Assembly (NCBI GenBank): GCA_963666055.2
Contig: CAXWPH010000011.1
Coordinates: 1-64,000, forward strand
Length of the DNA stretch: 64,000 bases
Reading direction: 5' to 3'
DNA from: Acidobacteriota bacterium
GTDB lineage: Bacteria > Acidobacteriota > UBA890 > WLXD01
Shown: positions 42,154-51,908 of the stretch, piece after piece
Layout of the letters: the number at the start of each line of letters is the position of its first letter
How positions within the stretch are numbered: position 1 is the stretch's first letter
Translations under genes and position numbers: made by a program
The notes under the pieces: generated by a model
What the model was told of the DNA's origin: nothing
Database searches by the model: none
Seen by the model: the letters and a program-made list of their open reading frames with translations, nothing else

Positions 42154-42481
42154 CATGATTCAGCTGGCGCTGTCTCTCGCAAGCGGGTGCGCCGCCTGAT
42201 GCGGCGGCGCCGACCCGGGTCTGCGCCGCTACACCGGTCTCTACACTACGGTGGCCTGGGGGGAGGCGGCGGTGGTGATCTGGGGCGACCAGCTAGCGAC
42301 CGTTTCGCTTCCGACGGCGGACCCCATGGCGAGTCTCACCAAGCTCGAGAAGACGGCTGAGCATCGCTTTCGTCGGGTCCGTGACGATGGTGAGCTCGGA
42401 GAGGAGTGGGTCTTCGAGCTCGAGAACGACACCGTCGTCCGTATGTGGCGAAACAGCCAGTACTCCACCAAGGTGCGCTGA
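42154..42481 (+). pseudogene. serine hydrolase remnant (short N-terminus plus C-terminal domain)
   Basis: YTGLY..WGEAAVV..FRRVRDDGELGEEWVFE resembles the C-domain of 22342-23802. Confidence 0.6.
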
Positions 42482-42491
42482 CGTGGGTTTC

Positions 42492-43511
42492 CTACTCGAT
42501 CTCCCCGCCGGCCGCTAGCCAGCGCGGATTGCCGTCGTTCGCGTCGTTGCTCGTCAGGCGCGTCTCGTTCGTCCCGTCGGCGCCGATCACATAGATCTCG
42601 CTCGGTCCGTGCCGTTCCGAAACGAACACGATCCACTCGCCGTCGGGCGACCAGGCCGGGGCGAGATCGGGGGCGTCGTTGGTGGTCAGCCGGACGAGAT
42701 TCGATCCGTCCGTGTTCATGACGTAGATCTCGGCGTTGCCGTCGCGATCGGAGCTGAAGGTGATGCGGCTACCGTCGGGGGACCAGGATGGATAACGGTC
42801 GTCGGCCGGATGGTCGGTAAGTCGCCGGACGTTCGATCCATCGGCGGCCATCACGTAGATGTCCATCGCCTCGCCGGCGGGGTTGTCGCGGTCCGAGTAG
42901 AAGGCGATGTCCTCACCGCCGGGCGACCAGAACGGGTGGCTGTCGACGACCTCGTTGTCGGTCAGCCGAGCGGGATTCGATCCGTCGGCGTTCATGACGT
43001 AGATCTCGACGTCGCCGTCGCGATCCGTGTCGAACGCGATTCGCGAGCCATCAGGCGAGAACGACGGGTCGATGTCCATCGCCGCGTTGGAGGTCAGGTT
43101 GATCTGGTTCGATCCATCGGCGTCCATCGCAAAAACATCGGGGTTGCCGTCACGATCCGATCGGAACGCGATACGCGCCCCATCAGCCGAGCCCGTTGGA
43201 TGCCGGTCGTTGAAATCGCGCTCGCCGTTGTTCGTCAAGTTCCTTGCATCGGAGCCGTCGGCGTTCATCACCCAGACGTCGATTCCGGCTCCATGTTCCG
43301 ACTGGAAAACGACTTGGTGGGGCGAGTCGATGGCCGCGGCACTGTCGGGGACGGCCTCGGGTGGAGCATCGCCCGGCGGCTCGACCGGTGTGCCGCAGCC
43401 GAAGGCGCCCGTCGCCGCAATCAGCAGCGACACCAGCCTGCATGGAGCTCCGCCGCGCCAGGCCGCGGGGATCTCGGCGCGCTGTGCGCTTCGGAGTGTC
43501 TTGTCGATCAT
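42492..43511 (-). CDS. TolB-like PD40-repeat lipoprotein
   Basis: Repeated PxWSPDGxRIxFxSDRDGxxEIYVMNADGS; lipobox AFGC. Confidence 0.9.
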   Translation of the reverse strand: MIDKTLRSAQRAEIPAAWRGGAPCRLVSLLIAATGAFGCGTPVEPPGDAPPEAVPDSAAAIDSPHQVVFQSEHGAGIDVWVMNADGSDARNLTNNGERDFNDRHPTGSADGARIAFRSDRDGNPDVFAMDADGSNQINLTSNAAMDIDPSFSPDGSRIAFDTDRDGDVEIYVMNADGSNPARLTDNEVVDSHPFWSPGGEDIAFYSDRDNPAGEAMDIYVMAADGSNVRRLTDHPADDRYPSWSPDGSRITFSSDRDGNAEIYVMNTDGSNLVRLTTNDAPDLAPAWSPDGEWIVFVSERHGPSEIYVIGADGTNETRLTSNDANDGNPRWLAAGGEIE

Positions 43512-43639
43512 GGCGGTCCACCAGCCCGAGGAAACGCCAGACAGACTCTTGGGCGAGTAGACCTCCTCTGTCAAGGGAGGCGCCATCCGCCACGCGGTAA
43601 TTGGAGCCGCCTCTGGCACCGGCTGCACACGCCCTGGTC

Positions 43640-45646
43640 CTACCGGGGCAGCATCTTGTCCGTAGTGGAGGTCCTTCGCCGGGCGCGGCTTCGAACGAGG
43701 AGCTGCTCCCGGACCGCTCGATGTGCCTCGTCGAAGGCCGAGTCGGTGTGCGTGGAGGCAGCAGCATCGGAGTTGGCGATGGAAATCCGACCGAATCGCC
43801 GCCTGCCGACGACGCACGGCCGATCGTCGGGGGTGAACAGCGCCCACTCGATCGGATCGTCCAGGGTGTTGTAGCTATAGGCATAGCCGTGCGGCCAGCG
43901 ATTCACGGTAATCGCTTCGATGTCGCGGGCCGGGTCGAAGCCCCCACCCTCCAGGGTTCGACCGAGCTGGTCGCGGATGTTGCGCTCGAAGGTCTCGAAG
44001 GTGGTGGCCAGCAGATCCTCTCGCCCGATGCGATGTTGCTCCTTCTTCGGGTGTCCGGGAGCGCAAGGCATCCTGGACATGTGCAGGATCATCGGGTCGT
44101 CAGACGATCTGGAGGGTTGGTAGTCACCGAACTGGATGGAGCGGCCCAGGTTCACCCCGGTGTGGTACATCCCCGGAGCGGTCACCCGTGAGATACCCAG
44201 GTTCGTGAAGGCCGTCCAATTTCGGATGAGAACGTTGGTGTACACGAGCGGCATCTTGACGCCATACATGAGCGCCACCTTCTGCTCGTCGGACATCTCG
44301 GGGCACAGGTGCGGGATGACCCCGTTGTAGCACCCCATCACACAGTGAGCCGCCCGTACCTTCTCGGCCTTGCCGCCGCGCACATAGGTGATCTCGACCT
44401 CGCGGGCGGTGTCGGGATGGCCCAGGTGCCGGACAGATACGGCCATGCTGTTGAGACGAATCCGGGCGTCGGAGCCCTCGCGGTCGATGCGGTCGTACCG
44501 GAGGCGCGACGTCATCGAGTCGTCCAGCGAGGTGCCCGGAAGCGCGTCGGGGATCATCGCGCGCACCATCAGCCGGGCCACCGTCGCGTTGCCGTCGGGA
44601 AACACGATGTTCGGTCCTTCGTCCCACTCGTTCTCGCGACCGTGTTGTCCGCCGCCGATGTGGGCGAGGGGGCCCACCGGGGAGAGGGGCTCGAGGTTCA
44701 TCCCCTGGAAGCCGGGATAGCCCTGCACCCATCCATAGAGCGCCGGATGGCCGTCGATGCCCACACAGAAGCTGCCCTTCGGGCGGTCATCGAAGAAGGC
44801 GATCACATCGGGGTGCACCTTGGCTAGATCGAGCAGGAAGTCCCGATAGCTGATCCGCGCCAGGCGCTCCTTCTTGTCCGCATCCGACAATCCGGGCATG
44901 TAGTCCGGGTTCGCCCCGTCGTCGTAGAGCCGCGCGATGTCCCGCTGTGCCTCTGGAGACATCGGGGTCTGGGCGAGCCAATCGGCCCATCCACCGGATT
45001 GCCCTCCGCGTCCCATCACCAGCCGATCCTCGCCGAACACCTCTTTGGCGAAGAACGTGGCGCTACCGAGGCCCAGCGATCTGTAGAACCTCCCACCCGC
45101 GGTGCTGGTGGCATCCGCACTGTCGATGTCGATGCCGATCGCGGCGAGGAGCGTCCTGGAGACGGCGCTGTAGTGACCCACGGACTCCATGTACGACGTG
45201 CCGCCGTTGAGCATCAGCGTACGGCCTCGATAGGTCATCTCGTTGCGCTTGGCATGGCCGCCGAAGTCATCGTGGTTGTCGAGCACCAGCACCCGTGCGC
45301 CGCGGCCCGCCGAGGTCAGGAAGAAATAGGCCGCCGAGAGTCCGCTCAGCCCCCCTCCGACAACCACCATGTCGTAGCTCTCGCGCGTGTCGGTGGCATC
45401 GGTCCAGCTATTGCCGTCACGGAGCGCATGGCCGGCCTCGAAGGAACCGGGGTGACTGCCGCGCATTCCAGTCAGGGCCGGTGGGTAGTAGTCCTGCCCC
45501 AGGGACGGGTAGGGCACACCTTCTCGCGCCGACAGCCAGCCAGGGGCGATGAGCGATCCGCCGATTGCAACCCCCACACCATTGATGAAGTCGCGCCGGC
45601 TGATATCCCGGTGCATCCCTAGATCACGATCCTCACGCCTGGACAT
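43640..45646 (-). CDS. Tat-exported FAD oxidoreductase, spermidine dehydrogenase (SpdH)-like
   Basis: SRRDFING, YYPPALTGMRGSHPGSFE, GGGLSG, DNHDDFGGHAKRNE and TVNRWPHGYAY. Confidence 0.85.
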   Translation of the reverse strand: MSRREDRDLGMHRDISRRDFINGVGVAIGGSLIAPGWLSAREGVPYPSLGQDYYPPALTGMRGSHPGSFEAGHALRDGNSWTDATDTRESYDMVVVGGGLSGLSAAYFFLTSAGRGARVLVLDNHDDFGGHAKRNEMTYRGRTLMLNGGTSYMESVGHYSAVSRTLLAAIGIDIDSADATSTAGGRFYRSLGLGSATFFAKEVFGEDRLVMGRGGQSGGWADWLAQTPMSPEAQRDIARLYDDGANPDYMPGLSDADKKERLARISYRDFLLDLAKVHPDVIAFFDDRPKGSFCVGIDGHPALYGWVQGYPGFQGMNLEPLSPVGPLAHIGGGQHGRENEWDEGPNIVFPDGNATVARLMVRAMIPDALPGTSLDDSMTSRLRYDRIDREGSDARIRLNSMAVSVRHLGHPDTAREVEITYVRGGKAEKVRAAHCVMGCYNGVIPHLCPEMSDEQKVALMYGVKMPLVYTNVLIRNWTAFTNLGISRVTAPGMYHTGVNLGRSIQFGDYQPSRSSDDPMILHMSRMPCAPGHPKKEQHRIGREDLLATTFETFERNIRDQLGRTLEGGGFDPARDIEAITVNRWPHGYAYSYNTLDDPIEWALFTPDDRPCVVGRRRFGRISIANSDAAASTHTDSAFDEAHRAVREQLLVRSRARRRTSTTDKMLPR

Positions 45647-45929
45647 CGCCCCTCCGAATTCTCTAACGCCGAAACTTCGCGGAACGCCGACTCTCCTCAA
45701 GTCCGACGCATGTACAGATTGTATCCAAACAGCACTGCCGCGTTGACCGCCCGAGCCTGCCGGTCTACTCGACAGTATCCCCGGAGCGCGGTTGGTCCCT
45801 GGACGGCGCAGCGTCGGTACATATAATCACCCGAACTGCCCAGTCGGTATTGTGATCAGCTGTCTCCATTGAAGTAGAGGAGATCCCGGCGACCAGGATA
45901 GCGGCCCCACCAACTGCGGAGGTTCAACC

Positions 45930-47249
45930 GTGACAAAGAGTGCAATCAACCGCCGGGCTTTCTTGGGCTCGTCCGCCGCAGCAGCGATGGCGGCCGGCTG
46001 TGGAGATTCGGGGGCCGTCGGTGGGCAGGCCGCAGCGGGGCAATCGCGCAACCCGGTGGGGGTCGATGAGCTGCACCCCGCGTTCTCGGAAGCCGAGTAC
46101 CAAGATCGCCTACGACGGGTGCGCGAGCGCATGGCGCAGGACAACATCGATCTCCTGTGGGTGATGCTGCCGGAGGGAATGTGCTACCTGCACGGCATGA
46201 TCCTGAACTGGTACCAGGGTAACTCGCCGAAGGGGTGGCTGCCGCGCTCGGGGACTGCCGTACATGTGGACCACGACAAGCTGATTCACTTCGACAGCGG
46301 CGCCCATCAAGGCACGATGGACGCCATCACGGTGGTCAAGGACTTCCGTGTGCTGCGCGGCGGCATGGAGTTCGTCATCGCTGAGCTACAGGCAGAAGGA
46401 TGGCTCGGAGGCACGGTGGGCATCGACCGGTGGAGCTACAGGCCCCCGCCGGTGCTTGCGGAGCCACTCGAGGCAGCCTTCACCAATGCTGGCTGTACGG
46501 TTGTCGACAGCAGCGATGTGATGCGCGACGTTCGACTCGTCAAGTCGCCCGAGGAGATCGCCGTCATGGATGACGCGGGGCGGATCTGCGACGCCGGCCA
46601 TGAGGCGATCCGTGAAGCCCTGCACCCGGGGGTCACCGAGCTAGAGATGTACGGCGAGGCACTGCGGGGGATGTTTGCGGCGGGAGGAGGGACGCCGGCG
46701 TTGATCTGCGGGGTCAGAAACCCCAGAGGCTCGCATGCGTGTCCATCCCGCAAGGTGCTCAAGCAAGGCGATGCGCTGTTCGCCGACCTTTGCGGGGTTG
46801 CGCACCGCTATCATGCCAACACTTCTCGAACCTACTGGCTGGGAGAGCCGCCCGCCGAGGCGGTCGATGCGTATGCGAAGAACGCCGGTTCTTTCGCAGT
46901 GATCAGCGAACACGGCCGCGCCGGCACCCCGATTGCGGACGTCTGCACAGCGCTCAGGGAATACTACGACGACGTCGGCTTGGACCCGCGGGGCTTTGGC
47001 TACGACCTGGGCATCAGCTTCCCACCCGACTGGGTCGGCCCCTTCGTCTGGTCGTTTGGCCGCCGCAACGACGGTGACACCTTCAGCGTCATCGGCTTGG
47101 GCGACGATCCGGATAGCTGGGTGTTCCAGGACGGCATGGTCACCAACTACGAGAGCCTCATGGGGCAGTCGCTGATGCAGTCCTTCGTCTTCGAGCCAGA
47201 GGGGGCTCGCTTGCTCTCTGAGTTGCCGATCGAGATCTCCGTGGTGTGA
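45930..47249 (+). CDS. Tat lipoprotein, M24 fold, ectoine hydrolase/creatinase-like
   Basis: NRRAFL..AAGC; RLVKSPEEI; GYDLGISFPPDW. Confidence 0.8.
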   Translation: MTKSAINRRAFLGSSAAAAMAAGCGDSGAVGGQAAAGQSRNPVGVDELHPAFSEAEYQDRLRRVRERMAQDNIDLLWVMLPEGMCYLHGMILNWYQGNSPKGWLPRSGTAVHVDHDKLIHFDSGAHQGTMDAITVVKDFRVLRGGMEFVIAELQAEGWLGGTVGIDRWSYRPPPVLAEPLEAAFTNAGCTVVDSSDVMRDVRLVKSPEEIAVMDDAGRICDAGHEAIREALHPGVTELEMYGEALRGMFAAGGGTPALICGVRNPRGSHACPSRKVLKQGDALFADLCGVAHRYHANTSRTYWLGEPPAEAVDAYAKNAGSFAVISEHGRAGTPIADVCTALREYYDDVGLDPRGFGYDLGISFPPDWVGPFVWSFGRRNDGDTFSVIGLGDDPDSWVFQDGMVTNYESLMGQSLMQSFVFEPEGARLLSELPIEISVV

Positions 47250-47284
47250 CGGTCGGCGACTTCCCGGCCCGAGACAATGTGGCG

Positions 47285-48976
47285 ATGCCCTTGACTGCTC
47301 TTGGTAGAGGCGCTGGACGGGCGCTGCTCCTGCTGTCCCTCGTCGGCAGCGCCTGCACCGCGGGTCAACAGATCGTCCCGCGTGCCGACCTCGTGCTGCG
47401 TGGTGGCAACGTCATCACCGTGGACGCGCAGGGAAGCCTCCACGAGACGGTGGCGATCGTCGGCAACCGGATCGCCGCGGTGGGCTCCAGCCAGGATATC
47501 GAGCCCTGGATCGGGCCGTCGACCGAGGTCTTCGAGCTCGACGGCAAGAGCCTGCTGCCCGGCTTTATCGATGCCCACAATCACGTCGAGCACACGGCGC
47601 GCTCCGAGCATCTGTTGCTGCGTGTCCACAGTCCGCCGCTTGCCTCCAGCGCCGACGTACTCCAGAAGGTGGAGGCAAAGGCAGCCGAGCTTGCGGCCGG
47701 ATCCTGGATCCTGGGTCAAGGAACCTATGGCCAGGAGATGCCCAGCAAGCAGGAGCTGGATCGCGTCGCGCCGGACCACCCGGTGGTGCTGCGCTGGAGC
47801 ATGCACCGCCAAATCGCCAACCAGAAAGCGCTGGAGGCCAGCGGTGTCGACGCGCGGTTCCCCGATCCGCCGGGAGGCAGAATCGATCGCGGAGCCGACG
47901 GGCTTCCTACCGGAGTGTTTCGCGAATCCTTCGATGTCTTCCCGATCCCGCCCTTCCCCTACGACGAGTTGCGAGAAGCAATCCGTGAAACGCTGGCGGA
48001 GATCTGGATGAAGCAGGGGGTGACGACCGTTTACGCCCTACCGGCATCGACCGACGCGGTTCGCGCCTTCCAGCAGCTCAGAGACGAAGACCGCCTCCCC
48101 GTACGGATACAGCTGAGCTTCACGGCGGCCCCCGGTCACCAGGCCCTCGGCGACATGGCAACCATCCTGGCGCTCGGCATTCGATCGGGGATGGGCGATG
48201 ACTGGCTGCGGATCGGCGCCATCAAGATCTTCGTCGACGGTGACGGGGAGGCAGCCGCAACCTATCGTCGCGAGCGCGAGGGAGCAGCAAACTTCGGGCT
48301 GACTCGCAGCGTCGCGCAGCTCAACAGCGATGTCGTAGCGGCCCACCGCGCCGGCTGGCAGCTCTGGCTGCACGCCATCGGTGACAAGGCCCAGGACCTT
48401 GCTCTGGACGCCTTCGAGGCGGCGCTCGAAGCTCGCCCAGACGATGATCACCGCCATCGCATGGAGCACCTTGGCAACTACCTGGCGGACGAGGCTGGTG
48501 AAGCGACCTTGGCGCGCGCCCGGGAGTTGGGTGTGATCCCGGTCCCAACGGCGGCCTTCATGTGGGGCAGCCGGCCACGACGACCCGACTCGCCCTCTAC
48601 TGGCAGCCGCTACCCCTTTGCAAAGCTGCTGGAGATGGGGTTTCGGCCGCCGGGCAACGCCGACTCGGCAGGTACTCAGACCTTCTCGATCAACCCCCTC
48701 TTCAGCCTCACTCGAGAGGTGCTTCGTACCAACCGCGATGGCGAGCCGATCGATCCCGAACAGGCGATCTCGCCGCTGGATGCGATCCGCATGCACACGA
48801 TCTGGGCTGCCCGGGCCGGATTCGAAGACGACATCAAGGGCTCGATCGAGCCAGGCAAACTGGCGGATCTGGTGGTCTTGACAGAAGATCCGCTTACCGC
48901 GCCCGAACGCCTCATGGAGATGCGCGTCGACGCCACCATCATCGATGGAGTCATCCGCTACCGACGAGCGGAGTAG
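47285..48976 (+). CDS. amidohydrolase_3 (YtcJ-like) lipoprotein
   Basis: PGFIDAHNH, KIFVDG, HAIGD, RMEH and GSIEPGKLADLVVL; start could be 47246. Confidence 0.9.
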   Translation: MPLTALGRGAGRALLLLSLVGSACTAGQQIVPRADLVLRGGNVITVDAQGSLHETVAIVGNRIAAVGSSQDIEPWIGPSTEVFELDGKSLLPGFIDAHNHVEHTARSEHLLLRVHSPPLASSADVLQKVEAKAAELAAGSWILGQGTYGQEMPSKQELDRVAPDHPVVLRWSMHRQIANQKALEASGVDARFPDPPGGRIDRGADGLPTGVFRESFDVFPIPPFPYDELREAIRETLAEIWMKQGVTTVYALPASTDAVRAFQQLRDEDRLPVRIQLSFTAAPGHQALGDMATILALGIRSGMGDDWLRIGAIKIFVDGDGEAAATYRREREGAANFGLTRSVAQLNSDVVAAHRAGWQLWLHAIGDKAQDLALDAFEAALEARPDDDHRHRMEHLGNYLADEAGEATLARARELGVIPVPTAAFMWGSRPRRPDSPSTGSRYPFAKLLEMGFRPPGNADSAGTQTFSINPLFSLTREVLRTNRDGEPIDPEQAISPLDAIRMHTIWAARAGFEDDIKGSIEPGKLADLVVLTEDPLTAPERLMEMRVDATIIDGVIRYRRAE

Positions 48977-48994
48977 CTGTCCGGGTCAGCGCTT

Positions 48995-49879
48995 TCAGAC
49001 GCGCTTCAGCGACTGCTCGACGCGTTCTGCAGCAGCGATCAACGATTGCGGCAGGTGCATGCCAGGAATCTGGGGTGCGTCGCGGCGCGTCAACACGGAC
49101 CCGCCGACAAATAGCTGCGACTGCAGTCGGCTGCCCACCAGCGCGCGGGCGCAACGGTTGAGAACGCCGGGACTGGCGCGGCGCGTACCGATGATGCAGA
49201 TGGCTTGCGGTTTCACCTGCATTGCCGCCTGAATGAGGTCGTGGCATGGAACGAAACGGCCCAGGTACATGACCGGAAGATCGACGAGGCGCAACAGCAG
49301 CGCAAGCGACATGGCCGCGACGTCGTACTCGTCATCTTCCACGCACGTCAGCATCACGACTGGGCCCGGATCCTCCGGTTGACCGAGTCTGACGAGCTCG
49401 GCGGCAATCTCGAAGCGAATCAACTCGTGCGTGAAGCGCACGTGCGCCAGCGTCGTTCGCGCCTCACCCCAGTACCGGGTCAGGCGGCTCAGCGCCGGAA
49501 AGACGACCCGTTCCATGGTGGGTGCCCAGCCAGTGGAGAAAACCGAGTCGTGTACGATCCGCGACACCCAGCCGCCATCGAGATCGAGCGCCTTCTGTAC
49601 GAGCAGATCCACGAGCGGGTGGGCGCGCTTGGGGGTAACGGGCTCCGGAGCCTCCGCCGACCCCTCCGTGAGGACGACTTCGGCGGCGTCGGAGGCGCGG
49701 ACGCCGGAATTGATCAGCACCGACATGCGCCGGATAACCATCAGGTCGGCGTCGTCGAACTGCCGCTGACCCTTCGCGGACCGCTCTGGGCGCGGGACTC
49801 CGTAGCGTCGTTCCCAGGTCCGAAGGCGGCTCTCGTTGACGCCGGTCGCCATCGCCGCACCCTTGATCGAGTAGTTCAT
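48995..49879 (-). CDS. MerR-family regulator with CarH/LitR-like (B12-binding-fold) domains
   Basis: YSIK..LRTWERRYG..PERSAKGQRQF HTH, then a helical bundle and Rossmann domain (YLG..VP, FVGG). Confidence 0.85.
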   Translation of the reverse strand: MNYSIKGAAMATGVNESRLRTWERRYGVPRPERSAKGQRQFDDADLMVIRRMSVLINSGVRASDAAEVVLTEGSAEAPEPVTPKRAHPLVDLLVQKALDLDGGWVSRIVHDSVFSTGWAPTMERVVFPALSRLTRYWGEARTTLAHVRFTHELIRFEIAAELVRLGQPEDPGPVVMLTCVEDDEYDVAAMSLALLLRLVDLPVMYLGRFVPCHDLIQAAMQVKPQAICIIGTRRASPGVLNRCARALVGSRLQSQLFVGGSVLTRRDAPQIPGMHLPQSLIAAAERVEQSLKRV

Positions 49880-49898
49880 CACCACCACAGCGTAATTC

Positions 49899-49987
49899 TT
49901 GCGCAAAAATTGCGCAACGGGGGTTGTTTTCTTCTGCAGATGCTTTGTATAACTAAAGAATCACATTTGTACAATCTTTGGAAAAGT
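49899..49987. promoter_or_regulatory. AT-rich divergent promoter with 11-bp-phased repeats
   Basis: TTTGTATAA (49944), TTTGTACAA (49966), TTTGGAAAA (49977); TTGCGCAA twice at 49899-49917. Confidence 0.5.
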
Positions 49988-49998
49988 GAGTAGAGTCG

Positions 49999-50352
49999 AT
50001 GGCTACGATCACAGCCGAGTTTCTCAAGGGCCAGAGTAGGGAAGAGATTCTCGGTCTCGCGTCTGCAGAAATCGAAGAATACGATGTCGATTCCTGCCGG
50101 CAGCTGTACCTCTCGATGATCGAGCTGGCCGTGCATGACTACCGATTCCTTCAACGCATGAGGGAACAGGCACAGACTTCACGCTACGATCGCAAGAAGC
50201 TGCGCCAGATGACCGAGGATGGCGACCCGCGCGACTTCTTCGACAGCGGCTGGTTCGAGGAGGTCTGCGACTATGTCGGCGTGACACCGACGCTCATCCG
50301 TGAGCGCCTCGAGCAGGAGGACGGCGAGATCGTCATCGCCCAAGTCGCCTAA
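49999..50352 (+). CDS. hypothetical protein, 117 aa
   Basis: Good codon bias, divergent from the MerR gene, followed by a hairpin. Confidence 0.75.
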   Translation: MATITAEFLKGQSREEILGLASAEIEEYDVDSCRQLYLSMIELAVHDYRFLQRMREQAQTSRYDRKKLRQMTEDGDPRDFFDSGWFEEVCDYVGVTPTLIRERLEQEDGEIVIAQVA

Positions 50353-50374
50353 CCGCTACCTGATCTGTCGAGCC

Positions 50375-50408
50375 AACGCCCCGGGACGCCTCAACGTCTC
50401 GGGGCGTT
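50375..50408 (+). terminator. hairpin, probable terminator
   Basis: AACGCCCCGGGACG-cctcaa-CGTCTCGGGGCGTT. Confidence 0.65.
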
Positions 50409-50679
50409 GTCCGTTTCCGACCGTCTCTCCTGATCGCCGCGTCGCTGGTCCGCATCCGCCATCTTCCAGGCAAGCCTCGCCGCCTTGGCGCGCCAGGATC
50501 TCCGCGCGAGTGGGCTCATCTGGTGTCTTGGGCGGTTCTCCTTCGATCGCGGTTGGGAACATGAAACCAAACCGTGGCAGCCCCGTCATTAGGTGTACCT
50601 AGCGGAATCGGCGGCCGGTGCCCCCGCAAACGCTGCAACAAACGACATCGGATTTCTATCAAGCCACGAGGAGACGGCA

Positions 50680-51240
50680 ATGAATCGTAGATTGATCGCG
50701 CTGACAGCCGCAGTCATAGTGCTGACCGGTTCAGCCGCAGTCGTACAGGCACAGGAGAGCTCCTGGATCCACATTCGTGTCGATGAAGCCGACGGCGTCA
50801 AGGTCAACGTCAACCTGCCGATGTCGCTAGTCGAGATAGCGATGGAGGTCGCCCAGGATCATGTCTTCGGCGACCACCACGGCATCGATATCGGCCGCCA
50901 TCACGACCTGGAGCTCGCCGATCTGCGGCGCATGTGGGAAGAGCTTCGCCTGGCTGGTGACGCCGAGTACGTCGTCGTGGACGATGACGATGAGCACGTC
51001 CGCATCTATCGCCAGGACGACACCGTCCACATCGAGGTCGACGACAACGACGGCGACGAGAAGGTCCGTTTGCAGATACCGTTCTCGGTAGTCGACGTGC
51101 TGCTCGAGGGCGAGGGTGATGAGCTCAACCTGGCCGCGGCGCTACGCGAAATGGCCAACGCCAACGACGGCCAGATCCTCCAGGTGCAGGACGGCGACAC
51201 CGACGTCAACATCTGGATCGACACGAACCCGCAGGGCTAG
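50680..51240 (+). CDS. secreted hypothetical protein
   Basis: GAGGAG RBS, signal peptide, and two VxVxLP/IP repeat units. Confidence 0.8.
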   Translation: MNRRLIALTAAVIVLTGSAAVVQAQESSWIHIRVDEADGVKVNVNLPMSLVEIAMEVAQDHVFGDHHGIDIGRHHDLELADLRRMWEELRLAGDAEYVVVDDDDEHVRIYRQDDTVHIEVDDNDGDEKVRLQIPFSVVDVLLEGEGDELNLAAALREMANANDGQILQVQDGDTDVNIWIDTNPQG

Positions 51241-51243
51241 ACC

Positions 51244-51765
51244 ATGCTGATCAAGCTTGCCGCCTTGACGATGTTGCCCATGCTGATGGTGGGTGGCGTG
51301 GTAATGAACTCGTCGATCATGCTGGTCGACGTCGACACCGACGACATTCGGATCGTAGTACCAGTACCGCTGGCGCTGGTGCAGGTCGTGCTGGCGTTTG
51401 CGCCGGACGAGGTCAAGTACGTTCACGTGCCCGAGATCGCCGAGTACTTGCCGTACTTCGATCGTATCGTCGAGGAGCTGCGAGCGGTGCCCGACGCGTT
51501 GTTGGTGCAGGTGCAGGACCACGGTGAACACGTCAAGATCTTCAAACGCGGCGACGTGCTGCGGATCGAGGTCGACGAGCGCGGCGACCAGATGGTGCGA
51601 GTTTCCGTACCCCTTGCTGCGCTCGCCGCGATGGTTGACGCGTACGACCCGGACACCCAGACGATTCGCACCAGCCGCCTCATCCGTGCCCTCAAAGCGG
51701 CGCCGAGCGGCGAGCTGGTGCACGTGATCGACGACGATGAGGAAGTTCGAATCCGCATGTGGTAA
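51244..51765 (+). CDS. membrane-anchored hypothetical protein, related to upstream gene
   Basis: Same pattern (IVVPVPLALV..VRVSVPL..EVRIRMW). Confidence 0.8.
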   Translation: MLIKLAALTMLPMLMVGGVVMNSSIMLVDVDTDDIRIVVPVPLALVQVVLAFAPDEVKYVHVPEIAEYLPYFDRIVEELRAVPDALLVQVQDHGEHVKIFKRGDVLRIEVDERGDQMVRVSVPLAALAAMVDAYDPDTQTIRTSRLIRALKAAPSGELVHVIDDDEEVRIRMW

Positions 51766-51807
51766 CGGGTCGGTTCGATCGTTCAGCATCATTCACCGCG
51801 CTTCGTC

Positions 51808-51835
51808 AGCGCCCCGGGCATCTCCCCGGGGCGCT
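51808..51835 (+). terminator. hairpin
   Basis: AGCGCCCCGGG-catctc-CCCGGGGCGCT. Confidence 0.55.
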
Positions 51836-51908
51836 CTCGCTTTGTGGCAGGTGCGCGAGGGTCGCGCCGGGGGGTTCGAATTGCACCTAGCCCGGCGGCG
51901 TGGCTACG

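Noticed and set aside
42492-43300. DNA-level periodic repeats
   Set aside because: Explained by PD40 propeller repeats in the protein; the same holds for the FG-GAP repeats at 26.6-27.6 kb.
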